A DNA stretch of 63,608 bases, counting the filler, from Sluysia triapertura (taxonomy: Eukaryota): NCBI GenBank assembly GCA_046118255.1. It is 4 parts of 4 records of this genome, joined end to end, with 100 filler letters (N's around TTAATTAATTAA, not from the genome) between each part and the next. Parts side by side here need not be neighbours in the genome. Positions count along the whole stretch, not along the records: positions 1 to 21,112 come from JBJNIA010001120.1; 3 more parts are not named here. One strand, written 5' to 3'. The position numbers and the translations under genes are program-made. The notes beneath the pieces were generated by a model. The model saw only the letters and a list, made by a program, of their open reading frames with translations. It searched no databases and was not told where the DNA came from. Shown here piece after piece: positions 1 to 12,412 of this stretch (the first letter of the stretch is position 1; each line of letters begins with the position of its first letter).

Positions 1-80
1 GATCACACCTTTTGCAAATTAATTCCGTCCGGCAGGTAATACAAATCAATATAAATAGCGTACGATAAAGGTTAAATCCA
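1..80 (+). mobile_element. LINE (Rex1/L2-like) C-terminal remnant
   Basis: FCKLIPSGR*YKSI resembles F.LLPSGRRYRSI. Confidence 0.35.
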
Positions 81-1710
81 TAAATCCAACATAAATAAAT
101 TGTTAATGTAAATTTCAAATTTTACTATTTGAAATAAAAATAATGATGTGTTGATAATTTGTATAACAATTTCAGAATTATCTTTTAGTTCATAATTTAT
201 AATATATTCTATTGTAAATAAAACAAAAATTGAAATAATTTGAGAAACTAATTGGTATAAATAGTTTTTAGTGAAGTGAACAATGATATCAACTTGAAAA
301 CTGGTTGTACTATTTTTAATACTTAAAGTATCAGTAAATTGGAATAAATTAAACGTAGAAAAATGTATTTAATGAAACAAAGCAAATTATGCAATTCCTT
401 GAATCTTACAATAAAAATTAACTACAACAACAATAGAATAACGATGGCAAAAGTACGAAATAGTGACGACAAATACGATAATAATAAATTTTGGATTATA
501 ATGAATTTTGATATTTTGATTGTTGTATGTAATTTATTAAGTTTTTAATTGTTGTGTTAGATTAGGTTGAAATCTGATTATTAATATGTTTGTAATTGTA
601 TTTTGGGTTGAGTTCACCACATCAATAATTTAACTTAAAACGATATCTACTTCATTTCATATTTCTTTAAGATGTTTAGCTTTGATTTAAGTTATCTCTA
701 CACAGAATTACAATTGATTATTTCACATTAATTCCGACAAATTGTAACTAATCCGACTACTTCTTTACGAAAATTAACATAATTTTATTCTGTAATAATA
801 ACTAAGTTCATTTTAAAATTGTACCATTGAAAATTAATAATACAATGATCAAAAAGACGTGAATTATGTATAAATCGATGTTTATACAGATATTTCATTG
901 TATTTAAGATTTTATATACAATAAAATTCAAATGAATCCAATACTTCCAACTCGCATTGACCAGCCTGAATTAAAAGTACAATATAAAAAGAAAATGAAA
1001 ATTTAGTATTATGAAGGAATTAATCTAAACTAATAACAGAATTTAGGACTCTTGTGTATCCTTGAAAAACGTGATCTAAAGGAATGCAATTACGATATCC
1101 AAATTACGATAAATATATTATAAAATGCTAATACTGATTACAATTTTTGATTTTTAAACTGCCTTTAAAATTGGATTTAACATAACATAGGTAGCTCATA
1201 AATATTGTTTGCATAAATTTTAGTTTCTTTAAATCTTCTCTGCTGCATAAAACGTTTATGCATTATGGATCTTAATTTAAAAGTAAAAATTATAGCACTA
1301 ACGTTACATTACATCACAATCACTTAAATATATATAATTGTGGAAATACTAACTCACTTCAGCACTGCAAAACAATTAAATTTAATAGGCTTATTTATTT
1401 AATTATGTAAATAAACTATTATAAAAATTCTGAATTTATGAAAAAATGTTATTTTAAATAACTTAAAATACTTAAATGTAAATTAAATTTTTTAACCTTA
1501 ATTCTTATTTCTTTAGATTTTACATTTATTATTTGTTACTTAAAAAAAGAAATGAATTTATAACCGTCTTGTTTTAATAAATCATAATTTATTTTAATGT
1601 GTTAACGTAATTTTAATTTAAATTTAATATAGTCATTTTTGACGATTACATATTAATTTTTAAGTAATTTTAAATAATGTATTAAATCAATAATATATAA
1701 GACAAAATAT

Positions 1711-2565
1711 TTAGTCATAATTTGGTCCATAACAACAATGATCTTTAATGCATTTTAAAATATAAAGCAATAAAAATAATCCTACAATACCAAAAGATAT
1801 GAAAATGATATTGGGTGTTGATGTGAAAATTTCGACTAATCGTCTGTCATAACAGTATGTCCATAATTTATCTGAATCAAAATCTGATGTAGTAGGACAC
1901 CATTTATAATTTATTATATTATCATTAAACGGATTCAAATATGAATCTAAACAAGATGTATATTTTTTATGATTAAAATAAAAAGGAAAATGGCATAATT
2001 TTCCTGGATCATTACCACCAAAAGTAGCTTCTGTTTCTGGACAAAATCTTATGTCGTTAGTTTCTGTGCGACAAATCAGATTACCTTCAAAATTATGGCA
2101 CATTCTGTCAATTTTGGCTGTTTTCTTTGGATCACCATTTCGATGAGAAAAAACGCATGGTAATTCATCGGAAAAGTGTCTACATCGAGTCCAAAGATTA
2201 TCTGAATCATAGTTTCTCGTGGTACTACACCACCAATATATAGAGTTTTTATCTCCACTACGTCTTAAACATGTATATTGAGGTTTGGAATTATAAATAA
2301 ATGGGAAATAACAAAGATTTCCAGGATCATTTCCACCATATGTTTTAGAAGTTTCTGGACAATATTTCCATGTTCGATAACTGTCGTAATTGTCATCCAG
2401 TGGACACCACCATTGGTTATTTGAATTAAGTACGCACTCATATATAGCTCTGTGTTTATACAATGATGGAAAAACACATTTTGTTGTTTCAGTTTTGATC
2501 ACATAGCAAAACCATACTAATCCGTGTATCAAACCGTAATAAAATAATACTAAGTAATTTGTCAT
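1711..2565 (-). CDS. Intronless type I membrane protein with four fibronectin type II (FN2) domains (third degenerate), 284 aa
   Basis: Intact ORF. Hydrophobic N-terminus; repeats of C-x-FP(F)-x-Y...C...WC-x-TT-x-(N/D)(Y/F)D-x-D-xx-W-xx-C; TxGGN linkers typical of FN2; C-terminal TM segment IIFISFGIVGLFLLLYIL; short Cys-rich tail. Confidence 0.9.
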   Translation of the reverse strand: MTNYLVLFYYGLIHGLVWFCYVIKTETTKCVFPSLYKHRAIYECVLNSNNQWWCPLDDNYDSYRTWKYCPETSKTYGGNDPGNLCYFPFIYNSKPQYTCLRRSGDKNSIYWWCSTTRNYDSDNLWTRCRHFSDELPCVFSHRNGDPKKTAKIDRMCHNFEGNLICRTETNDIRFCPETEATFGGNDPGKLCHFPFYFNHKKYTSCLDSYLNPFNDNIINYKWCPTTSDFDSDKLWTYCYDRRLVEIFTSTPNIIFISFGIVGLFLLLYILKCIKDHCCYGPNYD

Positions 2566-3379
2566 TTAAAATGCCATTGAACATTATCAAAATGTTTTTA
2601 TTTTTAATATTTGATATAATTTATAGTACAATAAAATAACGATTTTTTACTTCATTATATTTTATTGGTAATTTTGTAATAAGGTAGAGAACTGCAATGT
2701 GATTCGTCATCGTTTCTCGCTCAAAATTTGAAACAGGTTTTAATTTTTCATGCAATATTACATATTTGCTTTCAGTAATTTGAACGTTATTACATTTAAG
2801 ATTCATTAAACATATTCAAGTATAACTATTTTTACAATGTCATGACAATGGATTATTCACTTAAACATGTTAAAATCGTAAATAATAAAATACATTAAAT
2901 TGTGTATTATTGACTAATTATTAATTTTTTAATTCAGCTTAAAAGAATTATTAAAGTAATATATTTAGATTAATGCTTTGGCTTTTATTCTACTTTTTCT
3001 ATAAAATGAATTTACTTCATGAGATTTTGAGAGTTTAATTTTAAAATAGTTCATATTAGTATCAGGTACGTTTACTATTTAAAAAATGCTTAAACATTAA
3101 AATTTTCACATTCCATACTCGAAATCAATATAAGTGAATATTATTTAAATGAAAAGAATGGATGGGTAAACCTATAACGTTTTAATTTTTATATTTAAGG
3201 GTACATTTATTAATTAATTGAAAAATTATTTTAACTCAAAAACTCTTGTGTGATATTAGCATTTGAAAAGTAGCATAAAAGATGAAATTTATCTTGATTA
3301 TTTTGGTGGTTTGAGATTATTGTTAGGTTTAATATGTTTAATTTCATTAATTTTTAACGTATTTACATCCAATTTATTA

Positions 3380-3900
3380 TTAGAGGTCTAAATTGTTGAT
3401 GATTTTAAATGTGAAGACAAAGTCTGCAAGTCTGGTAGTAAAATTCTCAAAATTGGTAATGTTGGAATAACAATAAGAATACTTTGAGGAGTGATTATTA
3501 AAAACACGCCAAATTCGTGATCTTATTAGTTACGAGGATCTAATAGACTTAGCGTATAAAGTTATTCAAAATATAATATGAGTGCTGAAGAAATAAATGG
3601 AATGTGCGATAAGTTTTAATATGTAGTATGTTTGTACAACATTTGTATTTGTACTTGACGTAGACAAGATCTCATTTTTAATTTCCTTATTTTTATCTGG
3701 CTTTAGATATTTTATTTTTATTGAATTGAAATAAAATTTACGTTCACTGAAATATTTATAGATAAATTTCCTTTCAAAATTAATATTAATATGATTTAAA
3801 GAACTGCACAAACTTTCCTTAAGTGCTATTGTTTTACGCTCAAAATTAAGTGAAATGACGATGCACATTAACAATTTTTATTAAACATAAAAGATATAAA
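3380..3900 (-). mobile_element. Decayed CR1-like LINE 3' region
   Basis: TRLADFVFTFKIINNLD resembles the CR1 RR..DL...FKI.N.L motif. Confidence 0.35.
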
Positions 3901-4219
3901 AATAAAACAAAATGTTCATTAAGACAATTCCATGATGCAAATGTTCTGATGTGGGTTTTCTAACTCTTAACTTACGGCAAAATATTTTTTGAGCACTAAA
4001 TGTCTTATGTCGTAAAGAGGGAGCTTCTCTAACAATATAAGCTAATAATTTATCTAAATTCAAATGTTGGGGTCTTACAATCGCTCAAAAGTATTACTTT
4101 AATAATTCATTAAACGGCACTAAGTATTGATTTTTTTATTCAAAAAACAAAAATTTTTAACAACTAGAGTAATAGATCGAGAAAGTAAAAATAATTATGA
4201 GCGTTTAATCTAGTGCTAA

Positions 4220-4768
4220 GATATATTGAGTGGATTTTACCCCTCAATATATCGGAAACGTAAGAAACTTTACAAATTAATATAAAATGTGCCTGTATTT
4301 CATGATGTCAACTTCGAAAGTTGAAATATATAAATTACCAAAAATAGAATTGATGTCCTCCAGAGGATAATTTCCAAATTGTGAACGTTTACTAAGATTT
4401 CACAATTTCTCGAATCACAGCAAACTGAGGAAAATTGATTTTCCAAAATGGCGATTTTCACTATAGTGATGCTAGTTCATATACTAGTCATCAGCCACTG
4501 AAAATCGATGGAATGTTCTAGAACATTCTAGAAGCTTCTATTCTATTTTTAGAAGCTAATTTTCTTTTTTAGAATTTTTTTGGAAAATAAATTTCTTTTT
4601 CGGAAAATAAGTTTCCTTTTTGGAAAGTAATTATTTTTAAAGTAATTTTAAAGATTAATAAATGGTTTTAAAGCGTTTTATATGATTTTAATTAATTTTT
4701 AGATAGTTTTTAATAATTTTAAATGACATTTTTATATTATTTTGTAGGGTTGTGATGACAACCTAACA
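4220..4768. repeat. Unclassified dispersed ~550-bp repeat with a hairpin at each end, copy 1
   Basis: About 320 bp closely matches 49579-49849; both end in TGTAGGGTTGTGATGACAACCTAACA and begin near CCCTCAATATATCGG. Confidence 0.85.
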
Positions 4769-4989
4769 GTACTGTACTAGGATATTGTGATATACATAAA
4801 TGGTTATTTTCATAGCCAATAACAACTGTTTCCAAAGGAGAATTTATTGTAGAGGTCCTGGGATAATTTGATGATCATTATCAACATCGAGTTTGAAGAC
4901 GAAATTGATTTTTGACCATTGGATGATGTTGTGGTTTGTGAACACAAATGAACTTCCATGGCACAAACTGATGCATGATTGCTATCGCC

Positions 4990-5700
4990 TGATACATTAT
5001 GGGATACATTGCTTTTTACTGTCTTTATCTAAACAATTGGCTGTAATAGATTTGCAAATTTCGGAAACTAATTTCCACAGATGATTTCGAATTTTAACAT
5101 AATGTATCGATCCACTATCTTTATTACAAAAATAAATTATGTGGTCTAAAATGTCTATGAAATTAATAGTATCCGGTAAAAATTCATGACTTCTCCGAAA
5201 TAGTTTTAATGTCTTCTGCTCATTCATCGACGTTAGATAAGTTCTGATGACATGTTTCACAGTTCGTTAGTGTAATTTTTAGATACTAATTCATCAGATA
5301 ATTCGCGAAAAATTAATTTCAAATCAGACGCATTGGCAAGAATATCAGCATCATGATTCATTAAACACTGTCTTTGTATTGTCTACAGCTTCCATCGTTC
5401 CACTTTCAGTCTTAATACCGTTCATAAACAAAGGTTCACATATAACTGAAACAGTACCTGAGTTTTTTTATTCAAGAAATTTCATTAATGAGACTCCAAA
5501 TATTTTCGAAAACCGCCGATGGTTATTAGTAGATTACGTTTCCGAATTAGTGCATTCATATTGATTTTGTGAATAAACTTATCTATTTGCGGATTAGGTG
5601 GACTAGAAATTTCAATCATTACTGCCAATGGTGGTTTTCGTTTTTGGTGTTTTTTGATTGATTACACAAAAATTTTTCGTTTTCTTTTACCACCATAATT
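4990..5700 (-). pseudogene. Decayed RhoGAP-domain pseudogene
   Basis: Across stops and frameshifts: KIFGVSL...GIKTE(S)G...TVFN...ANASDLKLIFRELSDELV...Y...FLPDTINFIDILDHI, in the order of RhoGAP motifs (FG.SL, GLxTEG, LK.FFRELP.PL, LP..N). The catalytic-Arg segment appears deleted. Confidence 0.65.
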
Positions 5701-7049
5701 TTTTAACCTATTTTTTGTAATTTCAATACAAACAGTTTATTAATGCTGTTTATTCAATTCAGGTGAATTCAGTTTCTACAGCGTTTTATTATTGTTCACG
5801 TAATTACAATAGAAAAAGGAAATGGCGTTGATAATATGCTATTAAAATTTTTGTTAAATCTCTTTAGTTTCTTTAATTCTGAACTCATTACACAATCGTA
5901 CATAAATTAAAACTTGGATGGATCTTTAGCTCAATTAATTACAGTTTTCTTAATTCTTAGGAATACTGGATCTCTCGAAAACCATAAATTTATGCAATAA
6001 TGCTTATTGTTATAAGATACTGTATTAGAGCTCATCGTATTAAAGACAACTAGGATATTTATGATCTATAACTTGATTCGAGATGAAAAGGGTGACTGAA
6101 TGTTGGGTTAGATATTGAGATTTACCGTAATTGATTAACGTTTTCTTTGAGTGAAAATTTAGGGAATTTTGAAAATATTTTAAAGTTGCCGGAAGATAAG
6201 TTACGAACAGAATAATGATTTTACTGATGAGTGCTAGGTAAATAGGAGATGTTTGACGAATAACCCTGGTTTAGTAAAATTGGTGTAATAGGGTTTTAAA
6301 GTTTGTTATTGTTATGATTGAAGATACGTGTAGTTAATGAATTTAAATGTTCAGTTGCATGATGGTAAAATGTGAGGATTCATTTTTATTGTATTAATAA
6401 CATTTTCGAAGTTATTTTTGTTTAATTTAAATAACTTCCTCTGTTAAAAAATAACATTTGTACGCAAGAGAGATTTTTACGATTAAAAGATTTACTTGGC
6501 TAAAATTATTTTTCGTACAGTTTAAATTTATTTTGACCGTGTTAAGTGTACCCTCACATTCGCAACAAAAGAAGAATTTGTTCATTTAAAACACTTTACG
6601 TGCATAGGAATTTCTTTTATAAACAAAATCTTGAAGCAAGGTCTTCTGCGTATTTAAATCGTTGACTTCAAGCGAACCCGTTAATCAAATATATATTTGC
6701 TAGAGTATAAGTCGTCAGGAGATATAAAACCTCAGAAGATCAAATATAATTTCAAACAATAGTGCAATAGTTTGCTAGGTTTTGTAGCGTTTTAATTTTC
6801 TGTGTATAATTTGTTATTAATTACAACTATAAGTTACGAAGTAAGGACAATTCTCTACACACTAAAGAAATGCATTAGTCAAAATAGATTTATGTAAAAT
6901 AATTTTAATCTGCTTCTATTAATACATATTTTAGTGTAAATTTTGATTAGATTTTACTTTATAAAATATAATTAATTATTTTTCAAAATAAATAGTTTTC
7001 TCACAAAGATTAATTACATTCATAATTTATGGTTCAAATAATTCAATAA

Positions 7050-7185
7050 NNNNNNNNNNNNNNNNNNNNNNNNNNNNNNNNNNNNNNNNNNNNNNNNNNN
7101 NNNNNNNNNNNNNNNNNNNNNNNNNNNNNNNNNNNNNNNNNNNNNNNNNNNNNNNNNNNNNNNNNNNNNNNNNNNNNNNNNNNNN
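7050..7185. other. Assembly gap
   Basis: Run of N without linker. Confidence 0.99.
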
Positions 7186-8945
7186 ATATTTTATTTTAAT
7201 ATCTTATCTTAAAGAATTACAGTGAATTCAATTATGCGAAGCTTAGACGAACTTATTGTTTAGAATTGTTTAGTAAAATTATTTCTCTTAAATTCTTTGT
7301 GAATTAAAATGTTATGATAATTGATTTTGTCATATGTGTTTGAAAGTCTTTAATATAATTAGAAGTTCCAAAACTGTCATAGTTTGAATCATAAAATGAT
7401 ATTGAATATTTGCAGTATACAGATGTATGACATCTTGTGTGTTAAAATGATCTTTTGTAACACATAATCTATTATGAACATTATAACTGAAACAACAATG
7501 CTTTTACGAGAATACTTTGTAAGGTTTGCAACGCAGAATATACAAAAGAATGTTCGTTGAACATTAAAGTTGAATTTAATGAATTGGATTTTAATTTAAG
7601 TTGATTGGGAATGAAGAGTTTGTTATCTATTATCTGAATTGTTCTAGATTGCCATCACGAAATTTAATACGAAATAGCAATTAAAATCATTAAATTTCTT
7701 AAAAGAAACTTATTTCTTTAAAAAATATTTATTTATTTAGAAACTACTTTCTAAATAAAACATTATAAATTTTCTGGAATATTCAGTCAATTCACATTAG
7801 CTGATAACTGGTACATATAGTAGTATCAATCTAATTTCATTTCACAATTTAAAAACGCATAATTTATTATTCATTATTTGGCCCTTACTACAAATTTTTA
7901 TTCAGTCAACAGTTTAATTCAGAGCTAGTAAATTTTAATTCCTAGCTAGTAAAAATTTAATAAACTAGTTTATCAATTGGTATTCAGTTTCCATTTCTAT
8001 TAATTGTTTAGGTAAGTTACTTTTATATGGTAGTTTAGATCCTAGGAATGGAAATATAAAAATCTTGCTTAAATTCTTATTTATTTTATTTTCACCCAGA
8101 TTTAATGAGGACAAATATCTATAATATTTAAAATTAAAGATCTGAAAAGATCTTAATTGCAAAATATCCATTTTTATCATTGTCTATTTTTGTAATTACT
8201 TCTGCCGATCTATATTTTGTCGACTTTCTATAGTAGAATTTGAAATTTTGATTTTTATTATTAACTGTACTTAGTTAGGAAGTTACCAGTAAAGTATTTG
8301 ACAAACCTCGATAAACTCATTAAATTATAATCGAATTAGTTTAGGATTAAGTTTACAAGCACAAGAATTGAAGCATGTTTGAGATAAAGTTGTTGATTGA
8401 ATTATTTGAAATTTTAGATTAAACTTTTAAGCATAGGACCGCCTAACAGTTGCAAAAAAGAATTATTAAAATGATATACATTAATTCCAAAGTTTCACAT
8501 TATGGAGTGAGACACCGCATTATTTATTACATTTGCATTTGACTCCCATGTTCTTTAAGAATTTTATCTTAAGAATTTTATATAAGCCACTTACTGTAAC
8601 TCTATTATCACAGTTGAACTCAATTTGTGATAGAACTTTATTCATTAACAGAAACCACAGCAATCTTTAATTTCCTACTCAAAATGAACACTCTTTCTAG
8701 AACACAAACGACGAAATAGTAATGAAATAAAAAAAATAAAAATTAATGAAATTATTTTACAATATTTTTAAAATAATGCTTAATTTATTATATAAATAAA
8801 TATTAAAATTACACACTCATTAGTAACATTAGTAATATTAATGTTTTAATATGGCATCTGTGATTAAAAATTATAGCAAAAATAAGATTCTCATAATCGG
8901 ATTATTTTTGTATTGTTTAACGTTTTACATTCAGCTTCCTCTATT

Positions 8946-8975
8946 TTAACCCATTAAGGACCGGGTTTTTTTCAA
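8946..8975 (+). mobile_element. piggyBac-type terminus
   Basis: TTAA-CCCATTAAGGACCGG; matching other end not found. Confidence 0.35.
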
Positions 8976-9796
8976 AATTAAAAAATCATGACATGCATTT
9001 AGTTATTTTGGTTTATCACCTTACATACAATTTCAAATCTTATAAAAACATTTTTTGTGTACGCTACACATACCAATGCAATGATTGTGCTAGGATATTT
9101 TATTATTAAAAATGTTTTGCAATAATAAAAAATATGGGTTAAATTCTTGATTCTATTTTATGCAAATTTCAGTGTCAATAATTTATTACACATTTATATT
9201 TTAAAATTATTTACTTCTTTTTCACAAACAAATATTTAAGTGGACATTTTAAGCTCATTTGATTGATTCGTATATTTTTATTTAATTTCCCTTTTATTAA
9301 TTGTTACCATTAGTATTTGTGTTATTTAATCATCACTTCATTAACCATAACCTAACAATAGAAACTTACCAATAGAATTTCAGATAATATTCGTGAATTC
9401 TGTACATAAATGTAGGTATTAATAATATTTATTAATTTGATAATATTTAATATTTATATTTATATAATTCTAATTATATAAAAAAACTTAATATTACTGG
9501 TAGTTCATTAAAACTCGGCCTTGACGTATTCTAAGTTAATACGAATAAAGTTCAATTAAATATAAAATTTGAAAAATAAGCTTATTTTAGCTTATGGATG
9601 CATTTAACTTGTGTATACATTGATGAAATAATATATTCCACCTGTGCATTGAGTTGCTCTCATACCGAAATGGTTATTAATGTGGGGGACCAACACATAA
9701 ACCATGAATTTCCTACCTTAAAATCACAACAAAGCTTCCATTCATATAAATGCTCACAAATAGACACACTTTATTTAAAATATAATTCGAATTACC

Positions 9797-10928
9797 TCAT
9801 AATAATACGTTAAATAACATTCGGCCAAACCATTTTGTACGCGTAAAATATAACAAATCAGACATACCATGCATACCCAATACATCAGCATACCAAAACT
9901 AATACAACGTAATTCTAGTAACATAAAATTGATAAACTTAATATTACATATATTCTGTCGTAACTCGTTCTTCGTGCACCCTAAATCAATAAATAAATTT
10001 TAATTATATACAAAATATCAAAAATAAAAGTAAAAATAGTCACTATACAATTTTTCACAAAAACAGCAGAGTTACATAAACTGTAAAATTTATTATAGGA
10101 AATAATGTGATAAAATAAATCATCATAATTTAATTTCAGATAAATATAATAGTATATATAAGTATAACTAGATGAAAAATAACTCATTAAATTATAAATG
10201 TGAATTAAATGCAAACTATTACATTATTAAAGGAAGCTCATTATATAATACACGACTCTCAATAACCCTTTATCTACATCCAAAGTTGATTTGAACTCTA
10301 AAAGGACCTATCATTTAAAATTTCACTAAACACAAATAAACAAAACATCACAAAATATTAAACAAACATGAAACTCATAAAGATCTAAGTACACTAGCAT
10401 AAAAACTTAAAATTAAAAATTGTAATAACAGTACAATTTCTATAAAAACACCCTCAATTCTTCCTAACTTTCTATTATATATTTTCCTTTTACTCTCAGT
10501 CCATGCTTTACAGTTCTGTATACAAGAATAGCGAAAAAACACTTCTCGTTCATAATAATACGTTAAATAACATTCGGCCAAACCATTTTGTACGCGTAAA
10601 CATGCCATTCATACCCATTACATCAGCATACCAAAAATAATACAACGTAATTCTAGTAAGATAAAATTCATAAACTTAATATTACATTTGTTCTGTTGTA
10701 ACTCGTTCTTGGAGAATCCTAAATCAATAAATATATTTTAATTATATACAATAATATCAAAAATAAAAGTAAAATTTGACTATATAATTTTTCACAAAAA
10801 CAGAAGAGTTACATGAACTATTTAATTTATTATAAAAAATAATGTGATAAAATAAATTAATATAATTTAATTTCAGATAAATATAACAGTAAATATAAAT
10901 ATAACTCTCATTAAATTATAAATTTGAA
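9797..10928 (+). repeat. Local direct duplication of ~400 bp (9797-10204 and 10550-10928)
   Basis: Both copies start TCATAATAATACGTTAAATAACATTCGGCCAAACC and align with small indels. Confidence 0.9.
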
Positions 10929-11666
10929 GGGAATACGACTTCTTTTTTCTCGTTTCCAGTAGTAGTGACTTTATTACCAATTAAATACGCATTTGTATGT
11001 TGATGTGCGCGATCACGGATCCGTATAGTAAGCATGCGAAGTGTTAATATCCTCATTTAAAGAATAATAACAATAGTGATGATAATTAATAATATTAATA
11101 AAATAATAATTGTTGTAAAAAATTGCTTACTTGCCAAAGTAAGTAATGTATAGTTATTTTAGTGATTATTAAATTTAAGAAATAAATATTTTAAATTTTT
11201 ATAAAAAATTACACGCTTACAAGATATAATTAAATATCGACTAAGTGGCATATAAATGAAATAGTGATTGGTTAAGAGTGAGCATAAATACTGATATTAT
11301 TCAATCACTATTTCACAGTTTTCTTTCACTTTACATTTTTAAATTTACAAAATTCTATTTGTCAGTCGCCATTATAATTTTTTAATTTAGCCGCTACATT
11401 GTTTTAAGAAAATTGATAATTTTTATATTTTAGTAAGTTTAATACTCATATAAGGATGTTCACATTATATACATTCAAATACAGATCAAAGTCATATATT
11501 TCATTTACACCAAAATATAATAAACTCAAAGTACATTTGATTAATGACCACAGAAAAGGTTTTAATCGTAAATCCTAAAGTTTTGACGTAATTCATTGAC
11601 ATTGTTGTAGGCATGCTTAGAAGTGTTTCAAGCCATGTACTCAGTGGTGAGTTATGAAATTTTTAA

Positions 11667-12141
11667 CAAGGGGCTCGAAAATCGAATGAATTAGTCATTG
11701 CGACTGACATATAAAAAACAAAATGATATTAATTAAATGGTTTATTTTATACGAAAAAACAACAATACTATATTAATAAGGAATAAAATAAAGAAAACAA
11801 TGCCATTTAACATACGGATTAGGGTTAAATACTTCCAAAGATTTCCCATTTAAGCAGATCGTCATACAATCCAAAACGTGTTTAACATTAAGAGATCTTT
11901 GCATTGTAACGATATGATTCATCGTACTAACAGCTCGTTGAGATTCTTTCCATAATGATCTTGGCTTTTTCCACGGTGTTGGGAATTTCGATTTGAAATC
12001 TCTAAAATCATTTATTTTAATTTCATTTTTCAAAATAAAATTCAAAGTTCTTATTCTCTTTTCTCCTTCAGGCCATAGACATGTAATTTCTTCCATATTC
12101 CACGTTTCAGAATAGCATGCATTAAATATGTTTTTCAAGAA
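11667..12141 (-). mobile_element. hAT transposon 3' remnant (KIAA1586/ZNF862-type transposase C-terminus) with terminal repeat
   Basis: ORF 11773-12144 contains WPEGE...INDFRDF...RAVSTMN...LNVKHV..CMTICLNGKSLEVFNPNPYVKW (hAT dimerization region). CAAGGGGCTCGAAAAT terminus at 11667; a second copy at 12142. Confidence 0.75.
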
Positions 12142-12196
12142 CAAGGGGCTCGCAAATCATAGAATTATTTAACAAAGAGATCGAGCAATCCCCCTT

Positions 12197-12412
12197 TAGC
12201 TTACCACTGCACGTACTGAAACAGAACCTTGTGAAAATTTTATTTTGCTTTCCGGTAAGTTAAAAGAATAGCACATCAGAGTTGTTAAAATGCAAAGGAT
12301 TGTTGTACAATGCAATCCAGACCACTCGAAAATTAAACCAAGAAAATAACCAATCAATTCCATTATCAAAATTAAAAGTTGAATCACAAACATAATTTAC
12401 TACAGTTTCACG
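12197..12412 (-). pseudogene. Sushi/CCP-domain gene fragment, frameshifted
   Basis: VVNYVCDSTFNFDNG... then after a frameshift EWSGLHCTTILC...KFSQGSV...TC, fitting the V.Y.C..GF...G...WSG...C pattern. Confidence 0.4.

Noticed and set aside
2076-2477. 60- and 70-aa ORFs overlapping the FN2 gene
   Set aside because: Alternative-frame by-products of the real CDS.
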